A DNA stretch of 64,000 nucleotides, from NCBI RefSeq assembly GCF_963921235.1, contig NC_086108.1, positions 117,554,001 to 117,618,000 of the forward strand, given 5' to 3'. Of the stretch, positions 12,850 through 25,013 are shown piece by piece. The position numbers and the translations under genes are program-made. The first letter of the stretch is position 1. Each line of letters starts with the position of its first letter. The notes beneath the pieces were generated by a model. It saw only the letters and a program-made list of their open reading frames with translations. It made no database searches and was not told where the DNA came from. Source of the stretch: Mobula hypostoma (lineage: Eukaryota).

Positions 12850-14580
12850 CAGCCATAGAACATAGGACAGCTCAGGAACAGATCCTTTGGCCCACAATGT
12901 TGTAATGAACCGAATAAATTGGTAATCAAATGACCAACTGATCTAATCCCCTCTACCTACACAAAGTCCACGTCCTTTCATTTTCCTCAAATCCATGTGC
13001 CTATCCAAACGTCTTTCAAAAGTCCCTAATATCTCAACCTCTATCACTACTCACTGTGAAAAAAAATTGCCCCTACACATCTCCTTTCAGATTACCTCCT
13101 CTAACCTCAAATGCATGCCCTCTGGTATTAGACATTTCAACCATGGGTAAAAGATACTGTCTACTCTTGCTATGCTTTTCATAATCTTATAAACCTGTTT
13201 CAGATCTCTCCTCAGCCTCTGCCACTCCAGAGCAAAGAATCCAAGTTTGTTTAACCTCTCATTATAGCAGATGCCCTCTAATCCAGGCAGCATCCTGGTA
13301 AACCTCTGCATCCTCTCCTTCCTATAATGGGATGATCAGAACTGTATGCAATACTCCACATGCAGCCTAACTATAGTTTTGTAAAGCTTCAACAGCACTT
13401 CTTGACTTGTCAACTCAATGCCTCGACTGCATCTGATGGTGTGTAATGGAATCTATTCAATATATGTAATTTATTTATTTATTTATTATTTTTTTCTCTC
13501 TACTAGATTATGCATTGCATTGAACTGCTGCTGCTAAGTTAACAAATTTCATGTCACATGCCAGTGATAATAAACCTGATTCTGGAAGGGTGCTTTTGCA
13601 GAAGACCAAATGATAGAGGGGCAGAATTAAGCCATTTGGCCAATCAAGTCCGCAATCTTTTCAGCACAGCTGATCCAATTTATCCTCAGCCCCAATCTCC
13701 TGCCTTCTCCCTATATCCTTTAATGCCCTGACTAATCAAGCATCTATCAAACTTCGCCTCAAATATTCCCAATGATTTGGCATCCACAGCTGCTTTTGGC
13801 AATGAATTCCACAGATTCACCACTCTCTGGCTAAATAACTACTTCCTGATCTGTGTTCTAAAAGAACACCCCTCCTTTCTGAGGCTGTCCTCTGATCTTA
13901 GGCTTCTCCACATCCACTTTATCCAGGCCTTTCAACTCTCAATAGGTTTCAAAGAGGTCTCCCCTCACTCTTCTGAATTCCAATGAGTACAGTTCCATAG
14001 CCATCAAATGCTCCTCATACCACAAGCCTTTCAATCTCGGGATCATTTCTGTGAACCTCCTTTGAACCTTCTCAATGTCAGCACCTCCTTTCCTAGATAA
14101 GGGGCCCAAAACTGCTCACAATACTCCAAGTGCTTTATAAATTCTCAACATTACATCCTTGCTTTTATATTCTAGTCCTCTCGAAATAAATGTTAACATT
14201 GCATTTGCCTCACTACTGACTCAAGCTGTAAATAAACCTTTTGGGAATCTTGCCCAAGGACGCCCAAGTCCCTTTGCACCTCAGATTTTTGAATTTTTTC
14301 TCCATTTAGAAAGTAGTCTACCCTTTCATTTCTTATGCCAAAGTGCATGACCATACACTTCCCGACACTGTATTACATCTGCCACTTTTTTGCCCGTTCT
14401 CCTAATCTGTCTGATTCCTGAACACTAGCTGCCTATATCTATCTTCGAATTGTCAGCAAACAGGGCCAGAAAGCCATCAATGTCATCAGCTAAATCATTG
14501 ACGTATAACATAAGAAGCAGTCCCAGGACAGGCCCCTGTGGAACACCACTCGTCAATGTCAGCCAGCCAGAAAAGGCTCC
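12850..14580 (-). mobile_element. Cluster of decayed CR1 3' fragments with an intervening + strand LINE tail (13440-13585)
   Basis: ORFs 13087..13311 (QRFTRMLPGL) and 14425..14751 (SGVPQGPVLG, FADN); tail AATAAACCTGATTCTG. Confidence 0.75.
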
Positions 14581-14599
14581 CTTTTTCATACAATAGGTA

Positions 14600-14719
14600 C
14601 AACTGCAGAGAGAGCAAAGAGATAAGTTGGACCAGAGGCAAAATTCATAAGAATGCAGGACTGAAGGTGCTGTATTTAAATGCACGTAGCTTTCGGAATA
14701 AGGTGGACGAACTTGTGAC
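14600..14719 (+). mobile_element. CR1 ORF2 start (host of the Gypsy insertion; continues at 29217)
   Basis: Encodes LKVLYLNARSFRNKVDELV; joins in frame to TPLEIVQYGVVGITES after the element. Confidence 0.85.
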
Positions 14720-15244
14720 TGTTGTAACGAACGAGGCGAACCCAAACACAAGACACAGGCACAGAGATTGGGTTAGGATGTAGATGCGGGGGTGAGCGCT
14801 GAATGGCAAACAGGAGGGAGTGCAGGAAAGCAGGAGGCAGGCAAAATTTGTCTTGACACCAAGCGTAGAAAGGAAATCAGTGGACAAAAGTTTTCTTGAC
14901 ATGGAGAGAATGAGTTTCACAGGTAAACCTCAGAACTAGAGTAGAACTTAGAAAACTTATCTTGACACGGAGAGACTGAGTTTCACAGGTAATTCTCACT
15001 ACTGAAGCAAAACCTGGAACGTACAATCCTAAGTGGCTAAAATGTTAATTTCCATATTGGCAAAACCAACGATCTGGAAACTAATGGGTGCAAAGCCAGG
15101 GTTCTTGTACTGCAGGTCTTGATGAAAATCAGGTGTGCTGCCATCAAAGGAAATTAGGAGAAAATGGGGAATTAACGGTCGGAACTGTGGCCCAATCAAA
15201 GAGAATTAGGAGAAAATGAGGAATTAAGGGTCGGGACCGTGATA
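14720..15244 (-). repeat. 3' LTR of the Gypsy element
   Basis: Starts TGTTG and ends CCGTGATA on +; aligns with 28710-29216; purine-rich PPT (GGGAGAATGTTC on minus) adjacent. Confidence 0.9.
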
Positions 15245-15425
15245 GAACATTCTCCCGAGCTTGAGGACGGAACTGCAACAGCAGGAAGTGGAGGGACGGA
15301 GTGTGGGCTGCTGCTGGAAGCTGGCTGTGTTTTGCTTGATGCGTGAGTGTGTTTTGGAACCTGTTGAGGGAAAGAGAGTGGGGAAGGAACGGAAATTGCT
15401 GGGAGGGGGTTGTGTGGGTCCGGTA

Positions 15426-16658
15426 ATGGCGGACAAGATAAGAGGCGGGGTTGAGGGAAAGAAAGTGGAGAAGGAGAGGGATAGAGACTTGGGACCAGAG
15501 GTAGGCTGCTGGGGAGAGATGGATTATTGTGAAGGGAGAAATAAAGGGAATGAGGAGGTAGTGAGGGGTCAGATGAATAAAAACCAAGACAAAGGGAATA
15601 AAAGAATAAGAAATGATAGTGGAGAAAGCTCTGAAAGTGAGGAAGATGAACAAGCTCAGAGAGGAGGTGTTGTCATAATTAGGTTTAATGAGAAGGCTCA
15701 GGGACATATGAAGAAAATTAACCCGTTTGTGCTAACAACAACTCTGACAAATAAGATAGGGGAAATAGTATTTGCAAAAGTCCTTAATGATGGCAACTTA
15801 TTGGTAAGATGTGTGAATGAGGAACAACTTGAGAAAGTACTTAAGCTAAAAGAGATAGGAAAATGCAAGGTGGAATACACTGGGAGGGTGGGAGCACAAA
15901 ACAGTGGTTGTAAAGGAGTGATCACGGGGATACCAATGAGATTAAATATGGAGGAGATAAAGAGGAATATCAAAGGAGGGAAAGTAATGAATGTTCAAAG
16001 ACTGAAAACAACAAAGGAGGGAGTGAAAAAGGAAAGTGAATCAGTATTGATTGAATTTGAAGAAGAAAGAGTGCCAAGGAAGGTGTTCCTGGGTTTCATG
16101 AGTTACCCAGTAAGGGTGTATGTGCCAAAGCCATTGAGGTGCTATAATTGTCAAAGGTTTGGACACGTGGCTAAAAACTGTAAAAGGCAGAGGAGATGTG
16201 CTAGATGTGGGGGTGATCATGAATATGGAAAGTGCGGAACAGGAGTTCAACCAAAATGCTGCAATTGTGGAGGAGCTCATAATGTTGCATATAGTGGGTG
16301 TGAGGTTGTGAGACGGGAGACTAAAATTCAAGAAATAAGAGTGAAAAGAAAGATCACTTATGCAGAAGCTGTAAGAATGTCAAGAGAACAGAATAATGCT
16401 CCTAATGAACAGGGAGCAATAGGGATACGAGAGATGCAACAAAGAACAAATGACAGGATTTATGTAGACAAAAAGGCTCTAGTAACATTCATTGCAGGAG
16501 TGATTAATAGTACTGCTGAGGTAAAGTCAAAAAGTGACAAAATTCAGCTGGTGGTAAAAGCAGCAGTAAACCATTTAGGGTTAGTAGGACTGACATGGGA
16601 GGAAGTGAGGGAGAACCTCAGTAATCAGTCAAGCCAGGAAGTGTCATGTGTTGGTTAA
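15426..16658 (+). CDS. LINE ORF1, gag-like nucleic-acid-binding protein with three zinc knuckles
   Basis: Open frame; CYNCQRFGHVAKNC, CARCGGDHEYGKC, CCNCGGAHNVAYSGC; ATG 15426 chosen for its context (upstream in-frame ATG at 15339). Confidence 0.85.
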   Translation: MADKIRGGVEGKKVEKERDRDLGPEVGCWGEMDYCEGRNKGNEEVVRGQMNKNQDKGNKRIRNDSGESSESEEDEQAQRGGVVIIRFNEKAQGHMKKINPFVLTTTLTNKIGEIVFAKVLNDGNLLVRCVNEEQLEKVLKLKEIGKCKVEYTGRVGAQNSGCKGVITGIPMRLNMEEIKRNIKGGKVMNVQRLKTTKEGVKKESESVLIEFEEERVPRKVFLGFMSYPVRVYVPKPLRCYNCQRFGHVAKNCKRQRRCARCGGDHEYGKCGTGVQPKCCNCGGAHNVAYSGCEVVRRETKIQEIRVKRKITYAEAVRMSREQNNAPNEQGAIGIREMQQRTNDRIYVDKKALVTFIAGVINSTAEVKSKSDKIQLVVKAAVNHLGLVGLTWEEVRENLSNQSSQEVSCVG

Positions 16659-16666
16659 TACTAATT

Positions 16667-19600
16667 ATGGTGATTCTTTTACAATGGAATGCAAGGAGCT
16701 TACTGGCCAATAGCCAGGAATTCAAGCACCTTATTAAAGAAATGGTTGTAAAACCGGATGTAGTGTGTATTCAGGAAACTTGGTTGAAATCAACTTTAGA
16801 CTTTGTGGTATATGGGTATACAATGATAAGGAAAGATAGAAATCTAGGGGGAGGAGGGGGTTCTGCTATGTTAATCAAGCAAGGTATACCATATAGGGTA
16901 CTGGAGAAAGGAGATGATCAGGAATACATAGTGGTGGAAGTGTGGGAGAGAGGGGAGGGAGTGGTTATAATTAACTACTACAATCCATGTAAAAGGTTGG
17001 ATTTGGACAGCCTATTAAAGATACAAGGACAAAACAGACATAAAGTAGTGTGGTGTGCAGATTTCAATGCTCATAGCACAATATGGGGGTATCAGATTAC
17101 AGATCCAAATGGAAAGGTAATTGAAGATTTGATGGAAGAAAGGGATTTGGTGTGTATGAATGATGGTAGCGGCACAAGGATAGATATAACAACAGGAACT
17201 GAGTCAGTGTTAGATATTACGTTAGTGTCTAATACCTTGGCTGGCATTAGTAACTGGGGAGTTTGGACTGCTTCAACAGTGGGCAGTGATCACTACCCAG
17301 TTTTGTGTTCAGTGGGTGAAAGAGTTGAAGTAAGACCAGGTGGCGGAACCCCAAAGTGGGTGGTTGAAAAAGCTGATTGGGGTAAGTTCCAGAAGTTGAG
17401 TGAAGAAGGGTTGATAAAGATTGATATTTCTGGAAATGTAGATGAATTAAACAGTCAGGTGACTTCAGCAATTATCATGGCAGCAGAAGGATCTATACCT
17501 AGGAGTAAAAATAGGATGAATAGAAAACTGGTACCATGGTGGACAGAGGAATGTTGTCAGGCTGTAAAAAACAGAAATAGAGCATTCAGGCTAGTTAAAA
17601 GAACCCATAATATGCAGCATTCGGTTCAATATAAGAAAGTACAGGCAGTGGTGAGAAGAACTATACGTCAAGCTAAAAGGGCAAGTTGGAGGAGTTTTTG
17701 CGACAAGGTAGGAAGAACAACACCTGTGGGAGAGATATGGGGAATGATTAAGAGGATGGGAAGAGATAGAAGGGAATGGGAATATCCAGTAATGATATCT
17801 GAGGAGGAAACTGCAGTCTCCAGTAGGGATAAGGCTGAGGTCATGGCCAAGTCATTTGTACTGATACACAGTTCAGAAAATTTGTCTGAAGAAGGGAGAA
17901 GAAGAAGGGAAAGAATAATGAGCCAACACTCAGGTGTGTTAAGCAGGAGGGAAGGAACAGATGATATAATTGATGATCCATTTACATTAACAGAAATGGT
18001 GAGAGCAATAAAGAGATCGAGACCAACCTCCCCAGGGAAAGATCTGATATGCTCTGTGATGCTAAAAAATCTAGGAGAAGGAGCGCTCTTGAAGTTGCTG
18101 CATTTTTATAACAGAGTGTGGGAGGAGGGAAGATTACCAAGTGCATGGAAAGAAGCAGTAGTAATTCCAATAAGGAAGCCTGGCAAGGATCTGTCAAAAC
18201 CCACTAGCTACAGACCAATTGCATTAACATCAAGTATATGTAAGATAATGGAAAGGATGATAACAGAAAGGTTATCATATGAGCTTGAGAAAAGGGGAAT
18301 GCTGGCAAGTTATCAGAGTGGTTTTAGAAAGGGAAGGAATTCCATGGACTCAGTGATTATGTTAGAGACTGAAATAAGGAAGGCCCAGGCAAATAGAGAG
18401 TCAGTAGTGGCAGTGTTCTTTGACATTGAAAAAGCCTATGATATGATGTGGAAGGAAGGATTATTAATTAAAATGCACAAGATGGGGGTTGGTGGGAGAG
18501 TTTTTAATTGGATTAAAGATTTTTTGTTTGGTAGAAAAATTCAAGTTCGGATTGGATCAGAATTATCAAAACAGTACATAGTGGAAAATGGCACACCTCA
18601 AGGTAGTGTGATTAGCCCATTACTTTTCATGATTATGATCAATGATGTCTTCACAAAGGTACCAGTGGATATAGGTAGGTCACTGTTTGCGGATGATGGG
18701 GCCTTGTGGAAAAGAGGCAGGAACATGGACTATATAATCAGGAAACTACAAGAAGCAATTGATGAAGTGGTGGAGTGGGTTATGATTGGGGATGTAGATT
18801 TTCAGTAGATAAAACTCAAACTGTATCTTTTACCAGGAAAAGGGTTGAGGTAGGGAAGAAGTTAAGGATGTATGGGGTTGAATTAGAAAGGGTTGCATCA
18901 TTTAAATTTCTGGGAGTTATATTTGATTCACGATTAACATGGGCAGACCATATCAGGAAAGTTGAGGAGAAATGTAAAAAAGTAATAAATGTGATGAGAT
19001 GTTTGACTGGTAGGGAATGGGGAGCAAGTTGTTCAGCTTTGAAGAGAATGTATGTGGCTTTAGTAAGATCTGTATTGGATTATGGAAATATAGTATATGG
19101 ATCAGCAGCTAGGTCTCTTATAAGGAAACTGGATGTGATTCAGGCTCAGGTCTTGAGAGTGTGCAGTGGGGCTTTTAAAACGTCACCAGTGTCAGCCCTA
19201 CAGGTAGAAATGGGAATAATGCCTTTGGAACTAAGAAGGATGCAACTGATGGCAAACTACTGGGCTAACTTGCAGGGGCACAATGATTCTCACCCTACTA
19301 AAGGACTGTTGCAGGAGTGCTGGGAAAATGGGAGGTTTCAGAGGGATACCTTTAGTCGGGCAGGGAATGATATCGCGAAAGAATGTGGAGTGTTTGATCT
19401 GAGGATAAGTCCTTCAGTAGTTTATCCGGTTGTAGCTCCATGGAAACTTGTATGGCCTGACATAGACTGGCATTTGTTAGAGGTAAAAAGGAAAGAAAGA
19501 TATAAAACAGATTTGGTAAATGCATTTAACTGTCATGTGATGGAAAAGTATAGTGATTATACTCACATTTATACAGATGGTGCGAAGGAACCTGAAACAG

Positions 19601-20421
19601 GAGTGACAGGGTTTGGGGTGGTAATACCAGCAAAAGAAATTGGAATCAGCAGAAGAACATCTAATAAGTTAGGGGTGTTTACAGTGGAGATGCTGGCAGT
19701 GTTGGTTGCGTTGCAATGGGTGCAGAAAGCCAGACCATACAAAGCATTGATATGTTCAGATCCATCCTCAGTTCTAGCAAGTTTAAGGTCTTTTCACACA
19801 AACAGTCGGCAAGATGTACTTTATGAAGTCCTTCAGTTAGTTACAAGAATTGCAAATCAGGGAGGTCAGGTAAAATTTCTATGGGTTCCAGCACATGTAG
19901 GGGTGAAGGGGAATGAGAGGGTGGATGAGTTGGCAAAGAGGGCGTTAAAGAAAGAAAATGTGGAAATGCACATTAGTATCAGTAAAGCAGAGGTTAAGTG
20001 TGTAATCTGGGAAAAAGTCAACCGAATGTGGCAAGAAAGATGGGACAGGGAGGGAAAAGGGAGGCATCTATATCAAATACAAAAGAGTGTTGCAGTTACT
20101 AGGGTAAGTAATGGAAACAGAAGAGAGGAGACTGTGTGGACTAGGTTAAGGCTGGGACACTATGCATTAAACAAAACATTGAAAATGATAGGGAAACACC
20201 AGACAGGATTGTGTGAGGAATGTCAGGAAGAGGAGTCAGTAGAACATGTAGTTCTGAGTTGCAGGAAGTATGGGATACAGAGAGAGATGATGAGAATTAA
20301 ACTAAGGGAGTTGGGGATGCAGGAATTCACATTAAAAGGGTTGCTGGGCATGGGTGAGAGAGCACAAGTCCAGGTATTTTTAGCGTTTTTAAGGGGTACA
20401 GGGGTTTTTTATAGAATATGA
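16667..20421 (+). pseudogene. LINE ORF2: APE endonuclease, RT, RNase H, CCHC finger; single frameshift near 18778
   Basis: QWNARSL, IQETWL, DFNAH, SDHYP; GTPQGSVISP, FADD; YTDGAK...WVPAHVGVKGNERVDELAK; CEECQEEESVEHVVLSC; ORFs 16646..18808 and 18775..20421 overlap. Confidence 0.9.
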
Positions 20422-20628
20422 CGAATAAACAGGAATAGGATACTAGGATGGTCAAAGATGGGAGGGTGAAGTGTAGGTTTGTGTGTGTGTGTGTGTGTGT
20501 GTGATTGGGTGAAGGGATTTAGAATGTATGTCTAGTGCACGTTCTGGAGCAGAGGGTGGCGGTAATGCACCATTAAGCTGGATGCCAACCGCCGTAAAAC
20601 AAGATACAGACAGACAGAACATTCTCCC

Positions 20629-23600
20629 TCAATGGGTGTGTCCAGATGAACCACCAGGCTTGTCCGGATTGTCTCGATGGAAATCTTGGATGAGGGAAGG
20701 GTCCAAGATGAAGGATAGGAGAATCCAGGTGCTCCTCAGGACCGTATCCCTCCCAATCGACCAGGTACAGGAGACCCCTGCCTCGGCGGTGCACATCTAG
20801 TATTCGCCGGACGGTGTAAGCTGGGTAGTTGTCAATAACCCGGGCGGGCGGAGGAGGTTTAGCAGGAGGGCACAAAGGGCTGACAGACACGGGTTTCATT
20901 TGGGAGACGTGGAACGTGGGATGAACGTGCATGGATCTGCGCAGTTTGAGTCTGACCACTGAGGGGTTGATGATGCTCTCAATTTCGAATAGTCCGAGGT
21001 AACGAGGGGTGAGCTTCTTGGGTTCATTCTTGAGAGGAATGTTTTTTGAAGAGAGCCAAACCTGCACAGGAATTCAATGGTGATTGCGGTCAGCGGAGCG
21101 GAGCAGGGCCGCGCGTGCATCCTTCCAGACCTTGCGGCACCTGCGGAGATGGGCCTGAACTGAAGGCACAGCAATGTCGTCTTCATGGGCAAGAAACAGA
21201 GGGGATTGGTAATCGAGGGAGTATTCGAAGGGAGACATTCCGGTGGTGGTGTTGACCAGAGAGTTGTGGGTGTACTCCACCCAAGTGAGATGGGTGCTCC
21301 AGGATGACGGGTTGTTGGCGGATATGCAGCGCAGTACTGCTTCCAAATCCTGGTTTGCTCGCTCCGTTTGACCGTTAGTCTGTGGATGGAAATCGGAAGA
21401 CAGACTTACTGAGGCTCCAAGGGCTTGACAGAAGGATCTCCAGACTTGAGAGGTGAATTGGGGGCCCCGGTCAGAAACAATGTCAGAGGGAATTCCATGA
21501 AGGCGGAAGACGAGTTGGACAAGGAGGTTGGCTGTTTCACGGGCTGTAGGGAGTTTGGGAAGGGCTATGAAGTGCACGGCTTTGGAGAAACGGTCCACCA
21601 CGGCGAGTACAGCAGTGTTACCCTGTGAAGAGGGTAGTCCAGTAACGAAATCTAGAACAATGTGGGACCAAGGGCGGCTAGGGACAGGTAGGGGACGATT
21701 CAACCCAGCAGGTGGTCGGTGGGAGGGCACAAACAGAACATGCAGAGACGAAGGAATGAGTGTCAGCATCCATGGAGGGCCACCAAAAATGTTGCTTCAA
21801 AAGGGACAGAGTTCGATCGATTCCGGGATGGCAGGCGAAACGAGAAGTGTGCCCCCACTGGAGAACCTGAGACTGAACAGAGTCAAGCAAGAATAGGCGG
21901 TTGGGAGGACCATTGCCTGGGTCAGGTTGCGTCCGTTGGGTCTCCTTGACTATGGATTCGATCTCCCAGGTGAGGGCAGCCATAACACAGGATGGTGGAA
22001 GGATGGTATCGGGGTTGGGAAGGCCCTCCTCGAAGACGTATTGAAGGGAGAGAGCATCGGGCTTCCTGTTCTTGGAACCAGGATGATAGGTGAGCGTGAC
22101 TCTGAAACTGCCAAAAAATAGTGCCCAACGGGCTTGGCTGGAATTAAGGCATTTAGCAGTTTGGATGAATGTGAGGTTCTTATGGTCCGTCCAGACGATG
22201 AATGGATGTTCAGCTCCCTCCAGCCGGTGCCTCCACTCCTCCAAGGTGAGTTTGACGGCCAGCAACTCCCAGTTCCCAACGTCGTAGTTCCGTTCGGTGG
22301 AGGATAGACAGTGAGAGAAGGCGGCCCAGGGATGGAGCTTGTGGTCTGGGATGGAGCGTTGGGAGAGGACCGCTCCCACCCCAGAGTCAGAGGCGTCGAC
22401 TTCCACAATGAATTAGCGAGAGGAGTCAGTTTGGACCAGGATGGGAGCAGAGGTGAAACGCCTCTTCAGCTCCAAGAAGGTAGAGTCCGCTTCGGGGGTT
22501 CAGTGAAAAGGGGTCGCAGGAGAGGTGAGCTGAGTAAGGGGTGCTGTCACCCGGCTGTAATCTCTGATGAAGCGACGATACAAGTTTGCGAACCCCAGAA
22601 ATTGCTGGAGTTGTTTGAGCGTCGTGGGTTTTGGCTACTCTGCCACCGCCCGGATCTTTTCGGGATCTGCCCCCACTTGCCCGCTCTCAAAGATGTACCC
22701 CAGGAAACTGACAGAACGGACATGGAACTCTCATTTCTCTGCCTTAACGAATAGTTTGTTCTCCAAAAGCCTCAGAAGAACTTGACGGACATGGTGGGTG
22801 TGTCCCTGAAGACTACGGGAGAAGATTAGGATGTCATCGAAATAAAAACGAAACGGTTAATAAGGTCTCTAAAGACGTCGTTTACCAGGGCTTGGAAGAC
22901 GGCGGGGGCATTGGTGAGACCGAATGGCATGACCAGATACTCGAAATGACTGAGGGGAGTGTTAAAAGCTGTTTTCCATTCATCTCCCTCCCTTATCCTG
23001 ACCAGGTGATAAGCATTCCGCAGGTCCAACTTGGAGAAAATTGTGGCTCCGTGAAAGGGCTTGAAAACAGAGTTGATAAGGGCCGGGGGATACTTGTTCT
23101 TTATGGTGATGCTGTTCAGGCCACGGTAGTCAATGCAGGGGCGCAGTTGGCCGTCTTTCTTCCCCACAAAGAAGAAACCTGCGCCTACAGGCGAAGATGA
23201 GGGTCGGATAATGCCAGCCGTGAGAGTCATTTAGGTAAGCCTCCATTGCTTCCCTTTCTGGTCGGGACAGGTTGTACAGCCGACTGGTGGGTAGAGAGGC
23301 TCCGGGGAGGTGGTCAATTGCGATGTGGAGGCAGGGAAAGAGCCCGTTGCTTGCTAAACACTTCTCCCAGATCGTGATACTCTGCTGGAACCTTGGATAA
23401 ATCAGGAGGTTCAGAGGCGGACGAGGTCACAGTGGCCTCCACTGGGGAAAGGGCTGATTGTAGACAAGTGGAATGGCAGAACGAACTCCAGCTGACTATC
23501 TTCCTGGTGGATCAGTCAATGTGGGGGTTATGACAGCTTAACCAAGAACTATAGGGGCTTGAGGAGAGGAAATTAAATTGAACCGTACCTGTTCCCAATG

Positions 23601-23900
23601 GTTTCCGGAGAGAGGGAGAAGCAGGGTTTCTGTGAGGTGTGTGACTCGGGCCAGTAGTCTACCGTCCAGTGCCCAGGCTTCCGGGGGGGGGGGGCGGGGT
23701 ACTAAATGGCTCACGAGGAATTCCGGCTTGGAAAGCTAAATTTTCATCCAAAAAGTTTCCCTCAGCGCCGGAGTCCACTCGTGCTAACAGAGGCAGGGAC
23801 TGTTGGTTGTAACACAAAGTGGCTTGAAGCTGCATCCGGGGTCGGGGGAAGGGAACGTCTGGCTCACCAGGGTCCCCCTTTCTACTGGTGCCTTCCCCTT
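20629..23900 (-). pseudogene. Gypsy pol (protease, RT, RNase H, integrase, chromodomain), multiply frameshifted
   Basis: [90 protein letters not shown]...[12 protein letters not shown]. Confidence 0.92.
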
Positions 23901-24213
23901 TTGGCAGCAGGGGGCAGGGGGCAGGTGGCAAGGAAGTGGCCGGACTGGACTCACCCGCTCTCAATCTCTGAAGTCGTTCAGTGGGAGAAAGGCTGCATGG
24001 GTTCCTCTCCCGGAGCAGTCGAAATAGCAGGGCTGGGAGCTACTCTAGGAGCAGGAGGAGGAGAGAGGCTTGTTCTGGCGGGAGGCGGTAATGAGCGCCG
24101 AGGAGTGGCCAAAGGTGGTGTATGACCAGTTCTTTCTCTATGGCGTGCTCAGAGGCGACTGTCCAACCTGGTGGCTAGGAAGATCAGGGAATCGAGGCTG
24201 TCGGTGACATCTC

Positions 24214-24889
24214 ATAGTCATACTTTATTGATCCCGGGGGAAATTGGTTTTCGTTACAGTTGCACCATAAATAATTAAATAGTAATAAAACCATAAATAA
24301 TTAGTAATGTGTAAATTATGCCAGGAAATAAGTCCAGAACCATCCTATTGGCTCAGGGTGTCTGACCCTCCAAGGGAGGAGTTGTAAAGTTTGATGGCCA
24401 TAGGCAGGAATGACTTCCTATGATGCTCTGTGTTGCATCTTGGTGGAATGAATCTCTGGCTCAATGTACTCCTGTACCCACCCAGTACATTATGTAGTGG
24501 ATGGGAGACATTGTCCAAGATGGCATGCAACTTGGACAGCATCCTCTTTTCAGACACCACCATGAGAGAGTCCAATTCCATCCCCACAACATCACTGGCC
24601 TTATGAATGAGTCTGTTGATTCTGTTGGTGTCTGCCACCCTCAGCCTGCTGCCCCAGCACACAACAGCAAACATGATCGCACTGGCCACCACAATCTCAT
24701 AGAACATCCTCAGCATCGTCCGGCAGGTGTTAAAGGACCTCAGTCTCCTCAGGAAATAGAGACAGCTCTGACCCTTCTTGTAGACAGCCTCAGTGTTCTT
24801 AGACCAGTCCTGTTTATTGTCAATTCGTATCCCCAGGTATTTGTAATCCTCCACCATGTCCACACTGACCTCCTGGGTGGAAACAGGGG
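24214..24889 (-). mobile_element. Rex1/Babar-like LINE 3' fragment nested in Gypsy gag
   Basis: ORF 24345..24863 (YKYLG, KKGQSCLYFLRRLRSF); GATCAATAAAGTATGACTAT tail on minus; TCTC at both junctions. Confidence 0.8.
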
Positions 24890-25013
24890 TCTCTTGCCAC
24901 CAACTTGTCTTTCATCATGTCGCTGAGAGTATTCCAAAATACCGCTTGGAGTGCCTGATCACTCCACCCCGAGTCGGCCGCTAACGTCTGGAACTCCATG
25001 GAATAGTTGACAA

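Larger units (their letters stand above)
15257..20615 (+). mobile_element. Near full-length I-group (Nimb-like) LINE with RNase H
   Basis: TSD AGAACATTCTCCC at 15244-15256 and 20616-20628; two ORFs; 3' end GGTGGCGGTAATGCACC...GCCAACCGCCGTAAAAC typical of Nimb-like elements. Confidence 0.88.
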
